NCBI GenBank assembly: GCA_030682385.1
Contig: JAUXOG010000104.1
Span: forward strand, 24,023 to 88,022
From: Bacteroidota bacterium
Lineage (GTDB): Bacteria > Bacteroidota > Ignavibacteria > UBA10030 > BY39
DNA: 64,000 nucleotides
Direction of reading: 5' to 3'
In this document: one piece after another, positions 39,676 through 49,142 of the stretch
Layout of the letters: the number at the start of each line of letters is the position of its first letter
Position numbering within the stretch: the first letter of the stretch is position 1
Notes under the pieces: generated by a model
Told to the model about the DNA's origin: nothing
Database searches by the model: none
The model's input: the letters and a program-made list of their open reading frames with translations, nothing else
Program-made: the position numbers and the translations under genes

Positions 39676-40071
39676 TTACCATTGTTCAACTGTCAATGCG
39701 TCTATTGCATTGAAATGTTCATCGCGGGTTACCACTACGAGGCTATATTGTACACCTAATGCAGCAATCCAAAGATCGTTTTCCGGGATTGGCTTACCTT
39801 TCAGTCGTAAGGTATTCTTGATACGACCGTAATGTTGGGCTGTAAGAGTATCGCAAGCTAAGACGGAATTTTGTTGTGCAAACTCCTTAATGCGTAAAAT
39901 GTTTTCCTCAATTTTAATGGACTTGTAAGCACCATAGTAAAGTTCGCCTAAGACAATACTTGGGATGAAAACTTGTTCTGTCTGTTCCAGTCGTTGTCGA
40001 ACACTTTGATCATTAGCAAATAGTCCTATCACGATGTTGGTATCCAGGAGGATCTTACCATTCATCGGCAA
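39676..40071 (-). CDS. vapC: PIN-domain toxin (VapC-like).
   Basis: ILLDTNIVIG...D...TRDEHF acidic PIN residues. 131 aa. Overlaps the upstream antitoxin gene by 17 nt. Confidence 0.75.
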   Translation of the reverse strand: MPMNGKILLDTNIVIGLFANDQSVRQRLEQTEQVFIPSIVLGELYYGAYKSIKIEENILRIKEFAQQNSVLACDTLTAQHYGRIKNTLRLKGKPIPENDLWIAALGVQYSLVVVTRDEHFNAIDALTVEQW

Positions 40072-40285
40072 TAACTTTCTCGCACCCTTCTTCGATTGCT
40101 TGTTGTATCAATTCTAATTCATCTGGTGAAATTTTGCCGGTGAATGATAGTAAGGACTTTCCCGCTACACCTGTTTGTTTGCATAGAGCGAGTGTGCGGA
40201 TAAACTCTAGCACTTGTCGTTGCTGTTCAACGGACATTTGCAGTAATTGGTTCTCTATCTCTTCTGGGATCACATGATCGCCCAT
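40055..40285 (-). CDS. Type II antitoxin partner of the PIN toxin (76 aa).
   Basis: Small acidic protein immediately upstream of, and overlapping, vapC. Confidence 0.6.
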   Translation of the reverse strand: MGDHVIPEEIENQLLQMSVEQQRQVLEFIRTLALCKQTGVAGKSLLSFTGKISPDELELIQQAIEEGCEKVIADEW

Positions 40286-40485
40286 GGCACAATTCCTTTT
40301 TATTTGTTAAACTGATTTAATATACTGATTCTTAAAATAAATGCCAATTAACGTCTTACAAAAATACGCAATGCTGGAACGAACATATAAATCTCATTCG
40401 AGTGAGCGGAAGCACTGAGCGAGTTTTAACGATGTTCATACCAGCGACGTATTTTTGCTTGTTAGGCGCAGGCAAAGATTTATTG

Positions 40486-40821
40486 TCAACCGTCTTGTAA
40501 GTGATTTCTTAGTTCGGCTTCCAGTGCGACAATTCTCTGCGCTATTTTCGCTCCAGTAGAGTTCTTGATTCGAGACAATGTATTGTCTGCTGCTCCGATC
40601 CATACCGCTCCATTAGACCGTCGCACCGGACCGTATCGCGTTAGTTGCTTGATTATCCATTTCCAGTCTTCCCGAAGATTCGGGGGAAAGTCATCCTCTG
40701 AAATGGGATGAAATTCCATATATGCTGTCTTAAGCCTTTTCCTAACATCCCCTCCACCGACAGCTAAGTAATATACAGCATGCCCTAGTGTCTCTAAAGC
40801 ATAATTAGAGTGATTAGTCAT
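40486..40821 (-). CDS. Hypothetical protein (111 aa), with higher GC than its surroundings.
   Basis: Intact ORF inside the accessory segment. No motif recognised. Confidence 0.4.
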   Translation of the reverse strand: MTNHSNYALETLGHAVYYLAVGGGDVRKRLKTAYMEFHPISEDDFPPNLREDWKWIIKQLTRYGPVRRSNGAVWIGAADNTLSRIKNSTGAKIAQRIVALEAELRNHLQDG

Positions 40822-41295
40822 TTCTCATTTCAATCTTTGCTTGCGGCTAACATATGTAATTAAGCCATATTGCGTTATTAATATTTTTAGTTTTTTTATT
40901 TAAGAAATTTTCGTGTTGCATTGTCTATTTTATATTCGTCTATCGGTTCCAAGGTATCATAGTATTTGGTTATGCAGTATAATCTATCTTAAAAAAACTT
41001 TTCCAACGCCTTAATTTATCTCATCCAATTTTCTCAATAAGGTTGTTGAAAATTTGTTAGTTCAATATAATGCTTCCCATATTAATTGTCAATAAATTAC
41101 CCTTCCTTCTTGGGCGGAAAACATGAGATGTTTTATTTAATGACTGATGTTACGCAGAGTTATGATTTGTTGCGTAAAATCCTAAGCACGAATACCTGTC
41201 CGCCGCTTCGCTTTGGCAAGCGGGTCGAAATACTAAACAAATCCAAAATTGGAATGCTCAAAATTATAATAATCGGTGTTTTTGAAGCAGTTTTA

Positions 41296-41390
41296 CCTGC
41301 CTGCTGCAGGCAGGGATTTTAGAAATTCGAATTTGTTTCGAATTTCGCATGCCCGCCGCAGGCAGGGATTTAGGTTTTCGAATTTTTAAC
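41296..41390. repeat. Two copies of GCAGGCAGGGATTT (52 bp apart). The first is part of the palindrome CCTGCCTG-ctg-CAGGCAGG. There are also three copies of TTCGAATTT.
   Basis: Read directly, just 3' of the kinase gene. Confidence 0.4.
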
Positions 41391-41431
41391 CCCGAACACT
41401 ATTTTGCGTGACATGAGTTAATGATTCTAAT

Positions 41432-41863
41432 CTAATTTACCTTCTTTTTCCTCAGTTTCATAATTACTTCATTTCCGTTTTCAGTACGCTTGAATTTAAC
41501 GCTATCCATAAATTGTTGTATTAAAAATATACCTCTCCCGTTCTCACGTAATAAATTTTTTTCGTCTAACGGGTCAGGAATATTTTTAAGATTTATTCCT
41601 TTGCCTTCGTCGCAAACATGTATCTCAATGGCTGTGGATGTTGCAGTGGCACTAATTTCAACCAACTTTTTCGGGTCTCTCAAATTACCGTGAGTAATAC
41701 TGTTGTTTACTGCTTCGGTTGTTGCGACAAGTAAATTGTGAAATTGAATTTCATCAAATTGTATATACCGGTTCACTTTTTTTAAAAATGGTTCCACTTT
41801 TGAAATTTCTTTCGGAGTGCTTTTCAAAATTAATTTAAAATATTTTTTCTCAACTTTTACCAT
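41432..41863 (-). CDS. Anti-sigma regulatory factor (serine-protein kinase, RsbW/SpoIIAB-like GHKL ATPase).
   Basis: N-box EAVNNSITHG, G1 DEGKG, G2 GRGIF motifs. 143 aa. Confidence 0.7.
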   Translation of the reverse strand: MVKVEKKYFKLILKSTPKEISKVEPFLKKVNRYIQFDEIQFHNLLVATTEAVNNSITHGNLRDPKKLVEISATATSTAIEIHVCDEGKGINLKNIPDPLDEKNLLRENGRGIFLIQQFMDSVKFKRTENGNEVIMKLRKKKVN

Positions 41864-41864
41864 T

Positions 41865-43751
41865 TTATAAAAGTGTTTTTATGCTCATTGTTAAGTTCGT
41901 AGAATATCGAGGTTGCGTGTTTGTATATTCGATTCGTTCGTGCCAACCTTTTACGATAAGTTCAATCTTCGGTCTGAAGAAAAATGTTATAAGTGCAACC
42001 GGTCCGATACTTTGCAAATGGGTTTCTATCTGTCTCGTTTTACCGACGTAACCGAAACGTTTTTGACTAAAGTAACGAATGCCTGATGAAAAAAGCAAAT
42101 CAGCCGTTGCTTTGTAAAATGTTTGCAGCATGTAAGTCTGATCCTCGAAATAATTTATCGGTCGCCCTTTAAATGCTTTCCAGTTTAATACACCTCTTTC
42201 ATACAAACTTATGTAACTGAACCAATCGAAACCAACTCGTGGAGTTATCGAAATTCTTGTTGAATCGATGAATGAGAACTGCCTGAAGGAGAAACTTTTT
42301 ACCGGAACTTGTAAATCCTCGAAATCGTAAACCGTATAATTTGCTAAAACTTCGAATGTATTTGTTGTAGAAAAAAATTTCGATGGAATGTATTGGATGC
42401 GGGGGGAGAGGCGTAAAATTCTGTTCCAATTATTGTTGGCGCTTCGTGCACCTAACAGGTAAACTACGTGAGATAAATTAGCATCGACAGCTATTTGGGC
42501 AAACAGGTAACGGTTGATATTATGATAGGTTGTGAGATTATAAGCCATCCATAACTCGTCGCGGTCGTCGTCGTTGAGTTTGCTTGGTGTATCGTAACGC
42601 AGTATGCTGCTTGAACCTGTTAATGAAATTCTGTCGGAGTTGGTTAAATTAATTCCTACGTTTGCAGTGAGCGTTGAGCGGCGTGAATAATTGTTTTTTT
42701 TATCCTCATCACGTTTGCGTAAATCGAAAGCCGATTGAGAAATTTGGTCATCCTTTTTTATCGCATGAGTAACATCCCGTTCTCCATAAAATATTTGAAC
42801 CAAACCGTTCAAAGAGTTACTTGGCTGAAAGGCAAGCTGAGCAGCGCCCTCGATTCTAAAATCATCGATGATGTTATCGAAATAGCGTCCGGCTACCGGT
42901 TTGTATTTTATAGATTTCTGTATGTTTCGCACGAGAACTAAACCGTTTGCTGAGAATAAAAACCGGCTGCTGATGTTGTAATCGAGAGTATCCTGCACTA
43001 AATAAAAATTTTCAGTCCGTTTCTCAATATTGTTAGCGGTATTAAATTTCAATTGAACTGCAGTATCGGCAGCGAAGTAAAAATCGCGTTGATAATTTTT
43101 GTAAGTAATGTTTAAAACGTTGCGGGTTCTTTCAAAAAATATTTTATCTAACCTTAACATCAGGTTTTGTGTTTCTAAATATCGCGGGTCTAACCGGTCA
43201 ACCTGATACACCCCATTCAAAAAAGTATTGAACCCACCCAATTGCAAATCAACAGTTTTTGCACTTAAGAGATATGAAACGCCTGCATCCTGTTCAGTAA
43301 TTTGCCGGTCGATACGGAATCCAACCATCGGCTCAAAGAGGAATTTCGAAAAAGGTGCATATTCAAAACCGCCGTGCACCAAATGCGAGGCAATGCTGCT
43401 GATGCCGATTCCCTGATTATCGGAAATCACTAATGATGAAATTTTCAAAGATGTTTTAAGAGGAGACGAAATTTTATATTTTGTTGAAAAATCGACCGAC
43501 TGCTCATCGCGGATGATGTTTTTATGTGTTCTGATAAGAGAAGATTTGAAGCGTTCATCAAATTGAAAATCGAAACCCGCAAAACTTGATTTGTAAAAAA
43601 TATTTGCATCCCATCTGTGCGTGTTGATATTCTTGTCATAACCCATCGACAGATTGTTCATAGTTGATGTTGAAGTATCTGTCTGTCCATAAGAGTTCCA
43701 CATTAAAAAGCCGGTGGCAATAATAAATGTAAAAACCCGGTAGCTCATCAA
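41865..43751 (-). CDS. Hypothetical outer-membrane beta-barrel protein with a signal peptide.
   Basis: N-terminal signal peptide. 628 aa rich in alternating aromatic/Asn beta-strand patterns. Confidence 0.5.
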   Translation of the reverse strand: MMSYRVFTFIIATGFLMWNSYGQTDTSTSTMNNLSMGYDKNINTHRWDANIFYKSSFAGFDFQFDERFKSSLIRTHKNIIRDEQSVDFSTKYKISSPLKTSLKISSLVISDNQGIGISSIASHLVHGGFEYAPFSKFLFEPMVGFRIDRQITEQDAGVSYLLSAKTVDLQLGGFNTFLNGVYQVDRLDPRYLETQNLMLRLDKIFFERTRNVLNITYKNYQRDFYFAADTAVQLKFNTANNIEKRTENFYLVQDTLDYNISSRFLFSANGLVLVRNIQKSIKYKPVAGRYFDNIIDDFRIEGAAQLAFQPSNSLNGLVQIFYGERDVTHAIKKDDQISQSAFDLRKRDEDKKNNYSRRSTLTANVGINLTNSDRISLTGSSSILRYDTPSKLNDDDRDELWMAYNLTTYHNINRYLFAQIAVDANLSHVVYLLGARSANNNWNRILRLSPRIQYIPSKFFSTTNTFEVLANYTVYDFEDLQVPVKSFSFRQFSFIDSTRISITPRVGFDWFSYISLYERGVLNWKAFKGRPINYFEDQTYMLQTFYKATADLLFSSGIRYFSQKRFGYVGKTRQIETHLQSIGPVALITFFFRPKIELIVKGWHERIEYTNTQPRYSTNLTMSIKTLL

Positions 43752-44539
43752 GTTGTTCCGCGTGTAGTTCCACCATCGACGTTCATCGAAATACCTGAAA
43801 TAAAATTAGCCGCTTCCGATGCTAAAAAAACTACTGCGGATGCAACTTCTTCCGAACGGACGAGTCTTCCGAATGGATTATCAGATTTTAGCATTTGCCG
43901 CATCTCATCGGGAGTTACGTTTTGTAAGGAAGCTAATGTACCGATTGTCTGTTCGGTGAGAGGAGTATCGGTCGTTCCGGGGTTAACCGCATTAACGGTG
44001 ATATTATCTTTAGCCAATTCTAACGCCAATGATTTTGTAAAATTAAGAAGAGCTCCGTTAGTGATACCGGGAAGCATAAGAGTTGGTTTCGGCTCTTTGC
44101 CCGCTGTGCCGATTACGTTAATAATTCTTCCGCCCCCTTGCTGCCGCATATATGGAATTACTTCGCGTGCAAAACGGATATAACCTAATAATTTTAAATG
44201 GATGTGGGCTTCAAAAATTTCGTCGGTAATTTCAAAAATCCCTCCGATGTGAGCGCCGCCGGCATTGTTTACTAAAATATCGACACGCTTGTATTTTGAG
44301 ATTGCCTTCGTAACAACCCGCTTGATGTCGTTTGTTCTTGTTAGATTCGCTTTAACAAAAGTAACTTCAGTATGGAAGCGGTCTTTAATTTCAGTTTCTG
44401 TTTGCTGCAATTGTTCTTCGGTTCGGGCACATAAAATAAGCCGCACTCCTTCGTTTGCAAGTGCGAGTGCGATAGCTTTACCGATTCCCTGTGTCGCACC
44501 TGTAACGATTGCAGTTTTTCCGTTCAAACCTGTATTCAT
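43748..44539 (-). CDS. SDR-family oxidoreductase (FabG-like).
   Basis: TGATQGIGKAIA Rossmann motif, NNAG, and the S...YxxxK catalytic region. Confidence 0.8.
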   Translation of the reverse strand: MNTGLNGKTAIVTGATQGIGKAIALALANEGVRLILCARTEEQLQQTETEIKDRFHTEVTFVKANLTRTNDIKRVVTKAISKYKRVDILVNNAGGAHIGGIFEITDEIFEAHIHLKLLGYIRFAREVIPYMRQQGGGRIINVIGTAGKEPKPTLMLPGITNGALLNFTKSLALELAKDNITVNAVNPGTTDTPLTEQTIGTLASLQNVTPDEMRQMLKSDNPFGRLVRSEEVASAVVFLASEAANFISGISMNVDGGTTRGTT

Positions 44540-44544
44540 AAATT

Positions 44545-45963
44545 TTATTGAAGATTAAAAATTTCACATTGTTTAGGGATTACCGATCTATATCCCTTTG
44601 CGGCTATCTGTTGTTTTAAAATTTCTGACCGTTCAAGTTCGCCGTGAACAATAAATATATTTTCCATGATCGTTGGATCGAATTGATAAATATATTTCAC
44701 TAACTCGTTTCCGTCGGCATGAGCGCTGAACGATTCGAGGACGACAACCTCGGCTCGCAGTTTGTAAAATTTTTCGAATATTCTGACTTCCGGATTTTTA
44801 TCTACAATTTTTCTACCCAATGTATGTTCGGCGGTGTAGCCGACTATAAGAATTGTGTTGCGAGAGTCCTCAATATTATTTGCAAGGTGGTGAAGTATGC
44901 GTCCCGCCTCGCACATACCTGACGCAGATATTATAACATAAGTTCCTTCTTTTTCATTTAAAGCTTTCGAGTCGTCGGTAGATTGGATATAACGGATTTG
45001 ATTGAAGCCAAACGGGTCGTGATGTTTGAGGAGATGTGCTGCTGTTTCCTTATCAAAACATTCAGGATGTAAGCGATAAATTTCAGTTACGTTTGTTGCC
45101 AACGGGCTATCGACGAATACCGGAATTTTCGGAAGCCTGCCTGCTTCAGATAAACGAAAAAGCGAGTAAACCACATCTTGCGTTCTTCCAACACTGAAAG
45201 CCGGTATAATAATTTTACCGCCGCGCTGTAGTGTCCGCTTGATAACAGCTTCAAGTTGATTATCCATTTCAGTCGGGGGATGATGGGCGACTCCGCCATA
45301 AGTGCTCTCGCTTATCAAATAATTCGTGTCGCCCATGAATTCAGGGTCTCTGATGATTGGCAAATTCCATCTTCCGATGTCGCCGCTGAAACCGAGTGTT
45401 TTAGTTTTGCCGTTTTCCGAAATTGTTAAACGAACTCCCGCTGATCCTAAAATGTGTCCGGCATCGAAAAACTTGGCTTTCACTCCTTCGCAAACCTGAA
45501 ATTCACGATGGTACGGAAAACCCTGAAAGTATCCGAGTGTCTCTAAAACATCCTGCGGAGTATAAAGAGGCTCGACTCGCGGTTCATTGTTTTTCCTTGC
45601 TTTTTTATTTAAATACTGAGCATCCTTTTCCTGTATAAACGAGCTATCCATCAGCATAGCGCTGCACAAGTCGCGCGTAGCGGATGTTGAGTAAATTGTG
45701 CCGTTAAAACCGTTTCTTACAAGGGTTGGAAGATTTCCGCTATGGTCGATATGTGCGTGCGATAAAATTACAGCATCAATTGTTTGCGGGTCGAAAGGAA
45801 AGTTGCGGTTGCGTTCGTTCGCCTCGCTCCGTTTACCTTGATATAATCCACAGTCGAGGAGTATTTTCTTTCCGTTGATATGTAAAAGATGCATGGAACC
45901 TGTTACAGTTTGTGCTGCACCAAAAAATTCAATTTTCATAATTCTTGATTTTTCTAAAGGCAA
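44545..45963 (-). CDS. MBL-fold hydrolase of the beta-CASP RNA-metabolising family.
   Basis: HAHIDHSGNLP metallo-beta-lactamase motif. beta-CASP-like C-terminal half. Confidence 0.7.
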   Translation of the reverse strand: MPLEKSRIMKIEFFGAAQTVTGSMHLLHINGKKILLDCGLYQGKRSEANERNRNFPFDPQTIDAVILSHAHIDHSGNLPTLVRNGFNGTIYSTSATRDLCSAMLMDSSFIQEKDAQYLNKKARKNNEPRVEPLYTPQDVLETLGYFQGFPYHREFQVCEGVKAKFFDAGHILGSAGVRLTISENGKTKTLGFSGDIGRWNLPIIRDPEFMGDTNYLISESTYGGVAHHPPTEMDNQLEAVIKRTLQRGGKIIIPAFSVGRTQDVVYSLFRLSEAGRLPKIPVFVDSPLATNVTEIYRLHPECFDKETAAHLLKHHDPFGFNQIRYIQSTDDSKALNEKEGTYVIISASGMCEAGRILHHLANNIEDSRNTILIVGYTAEHTLGRKIVDKNPEVRIFEKFYKLRAEVVVLESFSAHADGNELVKYIYQFDPTIMENIFIVHGELERSEILKQQIAAKGYRSVIPKQCEIFNLQ

Positions 45964-46174
45964 TCCTTATATTGATTCAGAAACTAAAATCTCAATTAAT
46001 TATTTTTTATTTATGGATGAAGATAAAAATCTTTTCAACGTATTAAAGTGGATCGGAATAGCAGCTCTCGTTGCCATACCTATTTATTTCATTTCTAAAC
46101 ACGTATTAGAAGAAGAACAACAAGTCGAAGATTTCGACGACGAAAACATATTCGCCGAAGAACTTCAGTAACGG

Positions 46175-48403
46175 TTAAAAATTAGTGTTTCCTTTCGAAG
46201 TTTTATGATCTTCCCAATGTGAAGACGTATGCAGGGAGCAAGGAGCGGGAAGATATTTTTTATTAAATATTTCTTCATAAGTTGAGGGACAAAATTCCGT
46301 AGCCAATCCTTTCGAATCCGAACAGATCAATTCTCGCACAATACCTTCGGGCTGCTGAAAGAATTCTAAGGGTAATCCAATTGATTTATCTTCATAAACG
46401 GAACCCATAAAACGTCCCCAAATTGGAGCTGCCGCTCTTCCGCCTTGACCATCGGCGCTTGTGAAGTGAACGCTTTTATTATCAAATCCCACCCAAACAC
46501 CCGCTGTAAGCTGAGGTGTAAAACCGATAAACCATGAATCGGCATATTCCTGTGTTGTTCCGGTTTTTCCGGCAGCGGGTAAATTGAAATAACTCCGAAC
46601 GCGCGTTCCTGTTCCGCTGTTCACGGCATCTTCTAACATACTGGTAATTATGTATGCAGTTTCTTTACTTAAAACTTCGCGCCGCTCCGATTGATTCTCT
46701 TCGATAATATTTCCATCTTTATCTTCAATTCTAATTATCGAAAAGGGTTGGACATAAACACCATCATTGGGATATACGCTGAATGCCGCAGTAATTTCGA
46801 GCGGCGAAACTTCACCCGTCCCCATCGAAAGCGATTCATAAGGAGGCAGCTTCGATTTTATTCCCATCCTGTTTGCGTATTCAATAACTTGCTGAACGGG
46901 AGCGATCTCCATAATTGCCCGGACTGCAAGCAAGTTAATTGAAAATTTTAATCCTTCTCTGATTGTATTTTTCCCGCCGAAAGTTCCATCAAAATTTTGC
47001 GGAGTCCACCTGCTTCCGTCAACCATCACTAAAGTTACAGGTTGATTTAAAATTTCGAATGAGGGGGGATAGCCATTGTCGATTGCAACCGTATAGACGA
47101 AAGGTTTAAAAGTAGAGCCGGGTTGCCTCTGTATCTGTGTGATGTGGTTCAGTCCGTATTTGAAACTACGGAAATTTGAACCGCCTACCATAGACACTAT
47201 TCCGCCGGAACGGTGGTCGATTGCAACGAAACCGACTTCAATTTGTGTGGAAGATTTTTTTAATGAGTCAATAAAAGCAGAATTGTGGCGTAAACTTTTT
47301 GCGATGCTATCCTTTGCAGATTGTGTTTTTGCCTTCCTGTAAACATCGGAGGTGCGTATTGTATGTGAAATTACGATTTCGAGGACGTCTTTGTTGCGGC
47401 TCCAATTCCATGCTTTTGTAAAATTCGGCTGATAATCTTTAAGATGTTCCTCGACCGCCCGGTTGGCATACCGTTGCATCCGGCTATCGAGTGTAGTATA
47501 AACATTTAAGCCATCACGATAAATATCGAATCCGTATGTTTCCGATTTTTGCATTAATTGCTGCCGAATGTATTCCACAAAATGAGGAGCAACTCCGGTT
47601 ATTCCTTCGCTATTTGCAGAACGGATTTGCAATTCATCGGCTTTTGCTTTTTCTGCTTCAATTTCGGTGAGATAATTATATTTCAACATCTGATCAATCA
47701 CGGTGTTACGCCGGTTAACAGCACGTTCGGGATTGTTTACGGGGTCGTATCTGCCTGGACCTTTCAATAATCCGATGAGCAGGGCGGCTTCGCTGACTGT
47801 TAAATCAGCAGGAATCTTTCCGAAGTAAATTTGCGATGCTGCCGAAATACCATAAGCACTTCTACCGTAGTAAGTTACGTTCAGATACATTTCGATGATT
47901 TCATCTTTCGTGTAGTTCGATTCAATCTGAAATGCAGTAATGAACTCTCGGAATTTACGTGTAATTTTATCGTGAAATTTTTTACGTTCTACTTTTAAGT
48001 CGTATAAATTCCGTGAAAGCTGTTGTGTGATAGTGCTTGCACCTTCCCGCATCTGAAAAGTTATGATGTTTTTTACCATCGCTCTGACAAAGCGTAAAAC
48101 ATCGACACCCCAATGTTGTCTGAAATTTTTATCTTCTGTTGCAATTAAGGCATCGATTAAGTGGGGAGGGAGTTCTTTTAAATTTGCGCGAGTTCTATTT
48201 TTTATGAAAAATTGGTCGAGAACTTCACCATCGATAGAATAAACTTTAGTGGCGAGCTCGGCTTTTGGATTCTCGAGGTCTTCCAATGAAGGTAAACCCG
48301 AGATGATGTATGGAATATAGAAAGCTAAAAATATCAGAAAAATAATGATTGCAAATATTATTTTCTTGCTATGTTTTTTCCAGAATGTTTTTTTTGCAGC
48401 CAT
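46175..48403 (-). CDS. mrcA: Class A penicillin-binding protein 1A (bifunctional transglycosylase/transpeptidase).
   Basis: N-terminal TM anchor, GT51 motifs (EDKNFRQHWGVD) and the transpeptidase STFK motif. Confidence 0.85.
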   Translation of the reverse strand: MAAKKTFWKKHSKKIIFAIIIFLIFLAFYIPYIISGLPSLEDLENPKAELATKVYSIDGEVLDQFFIKNRTRANLKELPPHLIDALIATEDKNFRQHWGVDVLRFVRAMVKNIITFQMREGASTITQQLSRNLYDLKVERKKFHDKITRKFREFITAFQIESNYTKDEIIEMYLNVTYYGRSAYGISAASQIYFGKIPADLTVSEAALLIGLLKGPGRYDPVNNPERAVNRRNTVIDQMLKYNYLTEIEAEKAKADELQIRSANSEGITGVAPHFVEYIRQQLMQKSETYGFDIYRDGLNVYTTLDSRMQRYANRAVEEHLKDYQPNFTKAWNWSRNKDVLEIVISHTIRTSDVYRKAKTQSAKDSIAKSLRHNSAFIDSLKKSSTQIEVGFVAIDHRSGGIVSMVGGSNFRSFKYGLNHITQIQRQPGSTFKPFVYTVAIDNGYPPSFEILNQPVTLVMVDGSRWTPQNFDGTFGGKNTIREGLKFSINLLAVRAIMEIAPVQQVIEYANRMGIKSKLPPYESLSMGTGEVSPLEITAAFSVYPNDGVYVQPFSIIRIEDKDGNIIEENQSERREVLSKETAYIITSMLEDAVNSGTGTRVRSYFNLPAAGKTGTTQEYADSWFIGFTPQLTAGVWVGFDNKSVHFTSADGQGGRAAAPIWGRFMGSVYEDKSIGLPLEFFQQPEGIVRELICSDSKGLATEFCPSTYEEIFNKKYLPAPCSLHTSSHWEDHKTSKGNTNF

Positions 48404-48408
48404 AAAAT

Positions 48409-49140
48409 TTATTTACTTGATGACCATTTATTTAGTGCTATTACGCCGTCAGCCATTTCTGCATAAGAAAAATGCGAAATCCAATCGCCTAAATTAACAT
48501 ACAAACCGTTCCCGATTTTCTGGAAACTCGGTTCGTGCCGGTGCCCCATAATAACGATATCGTAACCTTCCTGAATTTTTCTTTCGGCGGCTTTTTTCAT
48601 TCCGTCGTCTTCACCGAAGTGTTTATTCGAGGAATGTTTACGGCTCGTACGCGAAATTTTTTTTGCCAAAGTAACTCCTAAATCGGGATGGAGCATTCTG
48701 TAAAGTTTAATGTTAATCGGGCTTCTCAGAATTTTTTTTAGAATATTATAACCGTGGTCGTTCAACGTAAAGCCGTCTCCGTGGTGCATAAATATTTTTT
48801 TTCCATCCAGAACAATATCGAATGCGTCGAAGTGAACGCTTATTCCCAAGTCGTCCGTAAAAAAATTGTCCATCCAATAATCGTGGTTGCCTGCAAGGTA
48901 ATGAACTTTTATGTTGTTTCTGACTAACTCGTCGAGTTTTGAAATCGTGCGATGGAATCCCCGTGGTATCACGGTTTTGTATTCAAACCAGGCATCAAAC
49001 AAGTCGCCTAAAATATAGAGCGAATCGGCATCTCTTTTAATATGATCAAAAAACGAGAGCAGAAGCGTTTCTTTTTTTGCCTCTGTCTCTTTGTTCCCCA
49101 ATCCTAAGTGAGCGTCGGAAATGAAATATGCTTTTGGCAT
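48409..49140 (-). CDS. Calcineurin-like metallophosphoesterase, UDP-2,3-diacylglucosamine diphosphatase (LpxH)-like.
   Basis: YFISDAHLG...ILGDLFDAW...GNHD motifs. Confidence 0.65.
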   Translation of the reverse strand: MPKAYFISDAHLGLGNKETEAKKETLLLSFFDHIKRDADSLYILGDLFDAWFEYKTVIPRGFHRTISKLDELVRNNIKVHYLAGNHDYWMDNFFTDDLGISVHFDAFDIVLDGKKIFMHHGDGFTLNDHGYNILKKILRSPINIKLYRMLHPDLGVTLAKKISRTSRKHSSNKHFGEDDGMKKAAERKIQEGYDIVIMGHRHEPSFQKIGNGLYVNLGDWISHFSYAEMADGVIALNKWSSSK

Positions 49141-49142
49141 TC

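Noticed and set aside
41086-41322. A 78 aa plus-strand ORF ending in the GCAGGCAGG palindrome.
   Set aside because: No RBS. The C-terminus is encoded by the repeat/palindrome region (CCRQGF). More likely non-coding boundary sequence.
41296-41390. Possibility that the GCAGGCAGGGATTT repeats are a CRISPR array.
   Set aside because: There are only two copies, the spacing is irregular, there are no cas genes, and the repeats are not the regular 28-37 bp units of a CRISPR. Treated as generic direct repeats.
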